DNA from: a virus
Lineage: Duplodnaviria; Caudoviricetes
DNA length: 64,000 nucleotides
Reading direction: 5' to 3' (one strand)
IMG/VR virus record: IMGVR_UViG_3300035703_002708
The translations under genes and the position numbers were made by a program. Positions 31,854-39,908 of this stretch are shown piece after piece; positions within the stretch are counted from its first letter, which is position 1, and each line of letters opens with the position of its first letter. The notes under the pieces were generated by a model that saw only the letters and a program-made list of their open reading frames with translations, had not been told where the DNA came from and searched no databases.

Positions 31854-31970
31854 TTATACCTATCGGTATTATACCATTTGGTATAAGTAAATCTTTTGTA
31901 ATGGTTATTGATTACCCGATGGGGTATAATATTAACCACAATGACAGATTTATACTAGAACGGGTATAAT
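31854..31970. repeat. cluster of four TAC..GGTAT(A/T)A palindromic boxes
   Basis: TTATACCTATCGGTATTA, TTATACCATTTGGTATAA, ATTACCCGATGGGGTATAA, TTATACTAGAACGGGTATAA. Confidence 0.6.
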
Positions 31971-32431
31971 AATCCAATTAAGTAAATCTATATCTTTACT
32001 TATACATTAAACTTGTCAAGTTATATCTTTACTAAATAAAAGAGATTTGTATGGGGGATTTATTTACAAGGACCATTAAGTGGTGTAAATTTAGGGTCAG
32101 ATAACAAGGGGTCTCGTTGAAGAGTATTATTTTACGATTCTAACAACACTAAAGTGTCTTCCCCCCAGTTACTCTATAAACGTAATTTTATTTGCTGGGA
32201 AATAGATATAGTAAAAAAAGTGGTCATAGGACTATCAGGAACAAGGAAAAGTTGACACTACACTCTCAGAACGACAATTTCACCTATAAATGGTGGGAGT
32301 AAATTAGTGGTTAAAAGTGACGAAGGGGATTATCCCCCCTATCAAAGGACCTGACATAATGACATTTTCAAGAAAAATAATAAAAAGTTATTAACAATAT
32401 TTCCCCCCTCACAACACTAATACACAGGATT

Positions 32432-32758
32432 ATGAGTAAATTTATCAACAGACTAAATGTCATGTTTTCCCATGTGGAAGCAGAACCCCCACTTTTTACC
32501 ACCATATATGATTATGAAGGTGCAAGAGGTGAGGTAATTTATGAACTGACATATATGGTGGGAGTAAAGAAACCTTTAAGACAGGAGTTTCTAATTACGT
32601 TGTCTGCAAATATGACACGTATTATTGATTTTATTAATAATGAAACCCCCCTGACAGAAGATGATTTGTCAAAAATTAGATACGATATTATGGAACATTC
32701 AAAAATGATGGTGGAAAATTATCGAATTAATAATCAAACCACAAGGTTATATTATTAA
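32432..32758 (+). CDS. hypothetical protein
   Basis: 108-aa ATG ORF. Confidence 0.55.
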   Translation: MSKFINRLNVMFSHVEAEPPLFTTIYDYEGARGEVIYELTYMVGVKKPLRQEFLITLSANMTRIIDFINNETPLTEDDLSKIRYDIMEHSKMMVENYRINNQTTRLYY

Positions 32759-33159
32759 TTATTCAAAGAAGGGGGAGTATTATTACGAATAATGGAAATC
32801 TTCTTTATTCTAACATTATTACTTTTATGAGCGGTAAACATGGAAGACTTCAAAATAAGGGAATCCAAAATACCACACCAATAAATTCTTGTTTTAATAG
32901 CCTTAACAATATTACGGTCTGCACCATAACGGAATAATCCAAGACTACCCTCATAAGTGGGGATGGTAACTTCAAGGTCAATTTCAAATTGATACCTTTC
33001 ACCCCATTCTTGGGGAATTGTATTATCAACATACATTCTGACATTGGTAACACGAACAGGTAATTCTGCCATACCGTGAAATGAACAAATATAGTCAGAT
33101 GACTTATAAGCCTTATTAAGAATTTGTCTTAACTTTCCTTTAACGAGTGTGAGTGCCAT
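32755..33159 (-). CDS. hypothetical protein
   Basis: Start is likely ATG 33159 (MALTLVKG) after TTTG-N19-TATATTTG (33163-33193). Confidence 0.65.
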   Translation of the reverse strand: MALTLVKGKLRQILNKAYKSSDYICSFHGMAELPVRVTNVRMYVDNTIPQEWGERYQFEIDLEVTIPTYEGSLGLFRYGADRNIVKAIKTRIYWCGILDSLILKSSMFTAHKSNNVRIKKISIIRNNTPPSLNN

Positions 33160-33199
33160 ATACAAATATAGAAATAATATTTGACTCCACAAAAATAAA

Positions 33200-33221
33200 T
33201 GTGGGGGAATTAACCCCCACA
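33200..33221 (-). terminator. intrinsic terminator of the - strand RNA operon
   Basis: TGTGGGGG/CCCCCACA 8-bp stem followed on the - strand by TTTATTTTTG. Confidence 0.7.
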
Positions 33222-33268
33222 AATAATTGGGACCATAAAGGTCGCTCCACCAATCTGATAAACAGATG

Positions 33269-33338
33269 TAGTCAGGACAGGATTCGAACCTGCATCTCCC
33301 GTACCAATACGAGGCGTTACCAATTACGCCACCTGACT
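33269..33338 (-). tRNA. tRNA-like RNA 3 / pseudo-tRNA (anticodon ambiguous: TTG or TGG; 6-nt loop)
   Basis: AGTCAGG/CCTGACT+A; GCGT-AATTGGTA-ACGC; CTCGT-ATTGGT-ACGGG; GCAGG-TTCGAAT-CCTGT; 70 nt. Confidence 0.7.
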
Positions 33339-33394
33339 AACCCCTTTGTTTTACTTCAGAGACGGGTACTCTTGCATAACATTTAATCTGTTAG

Positions 33395-33503
33395 CAGTCA
33401 GGACAGGATTCGAACCTGTATGATAAGTAGTAAAGTTATGGAAGTGACAATGTACTTACTTATCTATTCACTTCTAGCGTCTAACCAATTCCGCCACCTG
33501 ACT
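33395..33503 (-). ncRNA. tRNA-like RNA 4 (class II frame, extended anticodon arm)
   Basis: AGTCAGG/CCTGACT+G; GCGGAATTGGTTAGACGC; GAAGTGA/TCACTTC stem around 20 nt; ATAA/TTAT variable arm; ACAGG-TTCGAAT-CCTGT. Confidence 0.8.
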
Positions 33504-33508
33504 ATGTT

Positions 33509-33578
33509 ATCAATCGGTCACCTCCATGCTTCACGTACGAGTGGGAGGATTACTGAACCCGTGATATTACCGATTGAT
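33509..33578 (-). ncRNA. hairpin RNA at the head of the - strand RNA operon
   Basis: Perfect 10-bp ATCAATCGGT/ACCGATTGAT closing stem with inner CCTCC/GGAGG and CAC/GTG stems. Confidence 0.55.
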
Positions 33579-33585
33579 TACACCA

Positions 33586-33616
33586 CAAAGATAATATAAA
33601 TTATCATATTGACAAA
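33586..33616 (-). promoter_or_regulatory. Bacteroidota-type promoter of the - strand RNA operon (TTTG-N19-TATCTTTG)
   Basis: Consensus match with no ORF downstream, only structured RNAs. Confidence 0.8.
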
Positions 33617-34039
33617 ACATTCCCCACTTTTTTACGACTATTTTTTATTTAGTTATATGTCAAGTTATTACTATGATAATTTATGGTGGGGTTTATTATT
33701 AATATAATAAAGCAGGTTGGAGTATACGCTTACAAGGGACGCCTATTTCCCCAACCCTTACCTGAACTGAATCATTAGTACATAGTAAAGATAAAACTTT
33801 TCCCCCACACTAACAAACAAAATAGTTTCTAATAGTTATGAACATTACTTGACATTGTTAATGGACCCACATAATAAACTATAATGACGGGGAGGGGGTT
33901 AATTGTCAAATGGGGGGTGATATGGTCCCCCCTCTTACGGGATAGTGGTATACTACCCCCTCCCTCCCCCGTATCCGTCCTCCATATACTGACAAAATGA
34001 CGTGTTTTAGGGGGCTTAATCCCTTCTATCAAGTACGGA

Positions 34040-35576
34040 CCCCATATTCCCAAAAAAAATTCTGGAAAAAATTTCAGAAAAATCACTACATTTGTTTGAT
34101 AAAAATTATTTATTTTTGGAGTATAATCCCTATATTATATATATGGAAACAGAAAAAAAATGTAATAGATGTGGTTTGATTTTACCTGTTGATGAATTCT
34201 ATAAACGCAAAGATGGTAAGGTTAGAAACCCGTGTAAGAATTGTAAAAAAATTATTAATGCAATTTCAAATAAAAAATGGTCTCAAACTGATGAGGGGAA
34301 ATCAAAACAGAAATTATATAATAAGAAATATAAAATTAAGAAAAAGGAAGAAAATAGAATAATCAGGGAAGAAAAGAGACAAATAAAAATTAATGAACAA
34401 TTAGAAAAGAAACGTATTAAAGATTTAGTAAAACAGGAAAAACTACAACTCAAAATACAACTAAAAAATAAAAAAAAGGAAGAGTATATAAAAAAGTTAG
34501 AATATTATAAGAGTGATGAATACAAAGAATTAAAGAGGAAAAGAACTAATGCCAAAAACTATATCAGATGGAAGAAAAAATGGGAAACAAATACAACTTT
34601 TGCGATGAAAGTCAGATTGAGAAATTTAATTAGAAAATCTTTCATTAAAAGGGGATATTCCAAATCATCAAAAACTCAAGATATTTTGGGTATAGATTAC
34701 GAAGGTCTTGTTAAACATATAGAGAGTCAATTCAAAGACGGGATGACTTGGGAGAATAGAGGAGAATGGCACATAGACCACATAATTCCTCTTTCATCAG
34801 CAACATCTGAAGATGAACTCACAAAGTTATGTCATTATACCAATTTACAACCCTTATGGGAAAAAGATAACTTGGAAAAATCCAATAAGATACTTTAACA
34901 CCCCACTATTAAAAAAATTTTTGGAAAATTTCTGAGAATTTGTATCTTTGTCTTATGACCTTCAAAGAATCAGAAAAGTTTTTATTATCTCTTAATGTCG
35001 GTGAGGGATATAATGATGTTGTTGTAACCAAACGAACTGGTAAAAGAATATATCTCAACAACAAAAAGATTGTCCATATTAAAAATGGGGGAAACTTCTT
35101 ATATCTTGATGGTAAAAATATTAATCAGATTTTGAGAGATATTGAAGGGTATATGATTTATCTTATTCATCGGTAGATTTATTAATTTGGGGATATTTAT
35201 AACTAAAATTATATCATGAAAAAAGTTGTAAGATTAACTGAGTCAGAACTCGTTAGATTGGTTAAAAAAATTATTAATGAGTCTGAAATCAAAGACCAAT
35301 ATTATATTGTGGCATATCCCGACCATATTCGTGGTCGCGGGATGTTTATATACACAGGGGACGACGGATATAGCATGATACCAACTTCAATTGAGTTTAG
35401 AAGAAAAATGCATTTAGAAATGGATAATCCCCCAAAATCATATGACTCAAGGGAAGAGGCTATGAAGGATTTAAAGAAAGTAAAAAGAGGAACAAAAAAC
35501 AGACCTGACATTTCTTGGGAAGTTGTTAGGTTTTAAATAATACCCACACTATTAAAAAAAATTTTTTGGAAAATTT
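34040..35576 (+). repeat. three copies of a CCC-A-tract/T-tract motif (34040-34080, 34901-34931, 35543-35576)
   Basis: Copies 2 and 3 share CACTATTAAAAAAA(A)TTTTT(T)GGAAAATTT; each sits in an intergenic gap before a promoter motif. Confidence 0.65.
34143..34898 (+). CDS. HNH endonuclease with N-terminal Zn ribbon
   Basis: CNRC...CKNC; C-terminal WHIDHIIPLS...CHYTNLQPLW..DNLEKSNK; TACATTTG 34087-34094 upstream. Confidence 0.88.
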   Translation: METEKKCNRCGLILPVDEFYKRKDGKVRNPCKNCKKIINAISNKKWSQTDEGKSKQKLYNKKYKIKKKEENRIIREEKRQIKINEQLEKKRIKDLVKQEKLQLKIQLKNKKKEEYIKKLEYYKSDEYKELKRKRTNAKNYIRWKKKWETNTTFAMKVRLRNLIRKSFIKRGYSKSSKTQDILGIDYEGLVKHIESQFKDGMTWENRGEWHIDHIIPLSSATSEDELTKLCHYTNLQPLWEKDNLEKSNKIL

Positions 35577-35984
35577 GGGTATTTATCTTATATGAAAATA
35601 ATTTTATCTGAAAACCAAGTTGATAAAATACCAAGTGATAAATTGGAGAAAATATTTTTTGGATGGTTCAGCAGAAAATACCCCGACTATCATTTGAATG
35701 ATAAGGACATGATTGTTTCAAAATCAGATGACGGTCTTGAAAATATAATTCATTTTTATTTTGATGAAGATGATGATTTTTATGTGTCGATTTATTTGAT
35801 TGAATTATTCTTCAATAGAACAGGTATCAAAAGTTTTGACCATAGTTCAATTGTGAATAACCCAAGTCCGGCTAGAGCAAAATTCGATAATATAATGAGA
35901 ATTTTTGCAAAAGAAAATTTTGGAAGAAAGGTTTATAATGTTTATTTACATTTTTTGGATACAGTAGAAACTGATGGTTGGTAA
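34955..35984 (+). CDS. three hypothetical proteins (34955-35176; 35216-35536 with MKKVVRLTESEL leader; 35592-35984 with MKIILSENQ leader)
   Basis: TTTG-N19-TATCTTTG before the first; TATTTAT before the second and third. Confidence 0.7.
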
Positions 35985-36254
35985 CTCCCTTCACGGAGCA
36001 CACATCTCCCTAATTTTTAATGAGTTTAAAAAGATGTATAATTATATCGATATTAATGATAAAAGAAAAAGATTTGTTGGGGTTCAGTTTATGAATCGAA
36101 CTAATGGGTAAAGATTACCCTCGTATTTTGAATGGGGGTGTTTATTACCCTTATTTTTGGGGAAGAAAAAAAGAGAATTTCTAAAAATTTTTCGAACGAA
36201 ATACCCCCTACCCCCTTTTTTTGGTTTTGTGATATATTTATAAATAAAATTATT

Positions 36255-36515
36255 ATGAAAAAAGTTATAAGATTAACCGAAAGAGATTTAACAAGAATCG
36301 TTAAACGTGTCGTAAACGAAATGGACGGGGATTCAGATTATGAATTTTCATTTGATATTAAGTCTGTTAGGTGTGATGACGAAACATTTAAAGATGGTCA
36401 TGTTGATATAAAAGGAGACACTATTGTAATTAGATACTGTAAGGGGGATGATGATAGTTTAGAGTATTTAAAAAGAAAAGGAAAAAAATTATTTCTTTCT
36501 CAACACGGAATGTAA
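36255..36515 (+). CDS. hypothetical protein with MKKVIRLTERDL leader
   Basis: ATG 36255 follows TATTTAT 36235-36241. Confidence 0.7.
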   Translation: MKKVIRLTERDLTRIVKRVVNEMDGDSDYEFSFDIKSVRCDDETFKDGHVDIKGDTIVIRYCKGDDDSLEYLKRKGKKLFLSQHGM

Positions 36516-36585
36516 TATATAACATAATATTTTAATTAATACCCCTCTGTAATAAAGGAGGGGTTTTTTGTTATATTTATCTATT

Positions 36586-36924
36586 ATGAAACGATTTGAT
36601 TTCCTATTGGAGCTATTGAAAACCTATGATTTAAATAATGGGGAATATGCTGTATTTGGTTCTGCTCCCCTTGTTGTCACGGGGATGATTAAAGACGTTA
36701 ACGACCTTGATGTTATTATAAAACCCAGTTCTTGGAATTTTGAAACCGAAGGTGAATATAGAACTGAGGATATTGAATTTTTTGATAATTGGCCCGGTTT
36801 TGATGTTGATGATTTGATTGATAATCATACATTTGAATATAAGGGGGTTTTGTTTGTATATCCCGAAAAGGTGATTGAATATAAAAGAAACATGAATAGA
36901 TTAAAGGACCAAGATTTAATTTAA
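36586..36924 (+). CDS. minimal nucleotidyltransferase (Pol-beta superfamily)
   Basis: YAVFGS.......DVNDLDVII: GS plus DxD motif. Confidence 0.65.
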   Translation: MKRFDFLLELLKTYDLNNGEYAVFGSAPLVVTGMIKDVNDLDVIIKPSSWNFETEGEYRTEDIEFFDNWPGFDVDDLIDNHTFEYKGVLFVYPEKVIEYKRNMNRLKDQDLI

Positions 36925-36925
36925 T

Positions 36926-37998
36926 ATGGAAAAAATCATATCTAAGATTGTTAAGTATATTCTTGAAAAGAAATACCCCGAGTTTACTGATGTCCGAGTA
37001 ACAAATGAGCATGATTATGAACGTTCTTTTGCGGATAAGAAAAAAAGTATAAAATACAATATTTTTTTGACAATTGATTATTCTGACTTTGAACCCATTC
37101 GTATTTCTGGTGATTGGGATATACTCAAATCAGAAATTAGAAATACTGTTCGAATGTCAGGAATTGATAATAGTGTTAATGTTTATCTTAATTTTTCTGA
37201 CGAGGAGTAATATTTATAAAATATGAAAATAATAATATCAGAATCAAAACTCATAAATTTATTTAAACAAAGATTTGGGGTCGACTTTTCAGGTCGTGTG
37301 AAAAAAATAACTGACCACAATGATTTACCTAACAAATTTAAATGGTTTACTAAAAAAATGTTTGATGCTTATTTGAATTTTACTCCCGGACAAATCACTC
37401 CTTTTTATCTGATTGAGGCCGATGGTAAACTATATTTATATCAAAATAAAAAGATTCCGAGAGATATGGAAGAAAATATGCAAAGTGAGGAAATGGTTGA
37501 TGAAAGGGGTCGCATAGTTAATGTTGAGAGTTTTAGGAAAAGTAATAACATACCAAACATTGGCATATCTCTCCCAGATTTTTTTGATATGTATATCGAC
37601 GAACCAAGTGATGATGTGTTTTAAGTTATATTTTGTTCAGGAGTGATATTTATGATTAAAATTATATTATGAGAAAATTTATTATAACTGAAGAAGAGAG
37701 AAAATATATAATGGGTTTATATGAACAAACAGGTAATCCAAACGAGTCACAAATGATTGACTATGTAAAAACTAAATGGGGTGCGGACACTGAAATAGAA
37801 CAAAACAGTGCATTCATAGAAATAATAAACAACAAAACTGGTAGTACTATAAAATTTGACACACAAAAAGACCAAATATACTACAACAAAAATTTCGCAA
37901 TTGACCCAAATCCGATTCCCATTAATTCTAACCTTAATACCTTTAAAAAATGGTTTGATAGCCACAATAATTATAATCCACTTTCAGGTGTTAAATAA
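36926..37998 (+). CDS. three hypothetical proteins (36926-37210, 37223-37624, 37669-37998)
   Basis: The last two carry ISES/ITEEE leaders and TATTTAT. Confidence 0.7.
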
Positions 37999-38026
37999 TC
38001 ATATAAAATATCTATATAAAAAAATA

Positions 38027-38050
38027 AACCCCCTTTTGTTAGGGGGTTTT
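38027..38050. terminator. bidirectional terminator
   Basis: AAACCCCCTTTTGTTAGGGGGTTT hairpin between convergent genes. Confidence 0.7.
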
Positions 38051-38055
38051 AAGTT

Positions 38056-39201
38056 TTAGTCTACTGTAATTTTAAATCCTTTACCTGAGTCATAAATATA
38101 TATAAGTCTCTTATTAATACCCTTATTATATAAATCACGAATAGTATCTAAAGATTTCATAATTGAATTTGAACTCGGCCAAGAGTATTCAGGATGTAGA
38201 AGTTTTTGTTTAAGTCTCTTCCAATCTATTGATTCAACCATTGACATTTCAAAAAGTGCCTTCAAGTAATGTCTTTTTCCAACTCTCTCCTCTTTTAGTT
38301 TAACTAAGAACTCTTGTAAGAATTCACATTTTTCCCTCATCCATTCTGTATGTTCATCGTTAAGTTTAAGTTCACCATCTTTAAACTGTTGGAAAGATAA
38401 TTTACTCCTTTCAGGATGATTCTTCATCATATGAAAAAGAATTTCATGTTCAAATGGATAATCGGTTTTCAGTTTATGATAATTTACATAGTTTGGTTCC
38501 CCTAATGTTGCTTTTGAAACCATGAAACTTGAGACATCCCATGTTTCTGATGCGGTATTTAATAGTTCAACATCACATAAAGATTTACTAAAGTCATCAA
38601 TATCAAAGTCTTTTCTGATTGTATACGGAACAGGAAGACCTAAGTCCATACAGGCCTTATACCTATGTTGACCTTCAATAATTTTCAAGGGTCTACCGTC
38701 TCTAGGATTTGGGTCAAATCCCACAATCACACAAGCTTCTTTAATTTGTTTTGTCTTAAGCGATTCTCTAATTTTGTTAAGATTGCTTTGAACTAATTCT
38801 CTATTGGCTTTTATTCTACCAAACAGTTCATAATTGGTTGTCTCATAGATTTTTGTGTATTCTGATGATTGAGACAATACATCATCTAATGTAAATTTTG
38901 ATGAATCTTCAAAAACAATATAAGGGATAGTTAATTTCAAATCTTTGTAAATTTGAAATCTTTGTTGACCATCAACAATTCTGAAAATAGCTTTAGATGT
39001 TGGGTCAGGGTCATTCACTACGAATATTGGTGAAAATGGTTTATCTTCACCATATTTCTCCATTTCACTTTTAATCCTTTCTAAATTTTCTTTTGAAAGA
39101 TGTCTTACTGTTGAATTTGAATTGTAAAACAAGTTGTAGTCTTTTGTCTCTTTGATTTGTGACGATTGAGACAAAACGTCATCCAATGTTAAATTTTTCA
39201 T
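38056..39201 (-). CDS. protein with two tandem ParB/Srx N-terminal-like domains
   Basis: TLDDVLSQSS..ETxxYxLF occurs twice; RIVDGQQRF and KIIEGQHRY. Confidence 0.75.
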   Translation of the reverse strand: MKNLTLDDVLSQSSQIKETKDYNLFYNSNSTVRHLSKENLERIKSEMEKYGEDKPFSPIFVVNDPDPTSKAIFRIVDGQQRFQIYKDLKLTIPYIVFEDSSKFTLDDVLSQSSEYTKIYETTNYELFGRIKANRELVQSNLNKIRESLKTKQIKEACVIVGFDPNPRDGRPLKIIEGQHRYKACMDLGLPVPYTIRKDFDIDDFSKSLCDVELLNTASETWDVSSFMVSKATLGEPNYVNYHKLKTDYPFEHEILFHMMKNHPERSKLSFQQFKDGELKLNDEHTEWMREKCEFLQEFLVKLKEERVGKRHYLKALFEMSMVESIDWKRLKQKLLHPEYSWPSSNSIMKSLDTIRDLYNKGINKRLIYIYDSGKGFKITVD

Positions 39202-39370
39202 AAAAGATTTTTTTTTGGGCTCTTCCCCAGTCTATAGTACCGAGCTAGCCCCTGTTTATTTTAATGTCTTCGAAAACAATTAAAGTATAAAATAAAAAAA
39301 ATTGTCTGTAAAGTTTTTTATCAAAAAACAGTGATTAGTTTTAGTATTCAAATTTTTTTATATTTGTAAT

Positions 39371-39835
39371 ATGAAACTGAACAATAAACAACTCGTCAAA
39401 GTAGAAGAAACACTTAAAGATTTTATTTGTTTGGTGCCACGTTATTTGGAGGTTAAGAATAATCCTGTTCTATATGATATGTTTTTATCACGGAATCGGA
39501 ATCCACTTTTTGACCTTACCTTGAACAAGTTTTGGGAAACTGGTTTGTCGTCAAATGGTTTTAAATTAGGTCAAGGAAAAAAAGTTAAGGACCACTATAT
39601 CCCACGTAAATTGGCGATGGGTTTTATTATGAGGGAATTGTCCCTGAATCCGAACATTTCATTGGATGAGTTTATCGACCTATGTAAAAAATACGCTTCA
39701 ACGGTAAATCTTACAGAACAAGAACATAAACTTGTAACTAAAAAGGCAAAAAAGACGGGTAAACCAAATTACGAGTTTTATGAAAGTTGTGGAATTGTTG
39801 TTGAGGGACTCGATGAATTAATTTCCAAGTTTTGA
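39371..39835 (+). CDS. hypothetical protein, possible HNH-like fold
   Basis: KDHYIPR ... TVNLTEQEHK; TATATTTG 39359-39366 upstream. Confidence 0.55.
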   Translation: MKLNNKQLVKVEETLKDFICLVPRYLEVKNNPVLYDMFLSRNRNPLFDLTLNKFWETGLSSNGFKLGQGKKVKDHYIPRKLAMGFIMRELSLNPNISLDEFIDLCKKYASTVNLTEQEHKLVTKKAKKTGKPNYEFYESCGIVVEGLDELISKF

Positions 39836-39908
39836 TATGTTATTGACCCCATCCTACAAAGGTGGGGTTTTTTGTTTATATTATATTTATAAAATAACCA
39901 ACTAGTTA

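Noticed and set aside
29891-33503. Calling the four RNAs ordinary Leu/Pro/Gln/Asn tRNAs
   Set aside because: None has a canonical 5-bp stem plus 7-nt loop with a sensible U33/purine-37 register, and all share one acceptor stem despite different apparent anticodons.
32389-33845. DnaA boxes TTATTAACA (32389) and TTATGAACA (33837)
   Set aside because: Only 1-2 mismatch matches, far apart, and expected by chance in AT-rich DNA.
33153-34179. Tracked ORFs 33153-33386, 33829-34086 and 33997-34179
   Set aside because: They run across tRNA mimics, terminators, the G/C island or promoters, with atypical composition.
31713-36220. CRISPR array
   Set aside because: The repeats are few, degenerate and irregularly spaced (hundreds of bp, with genes between); no cas genes.
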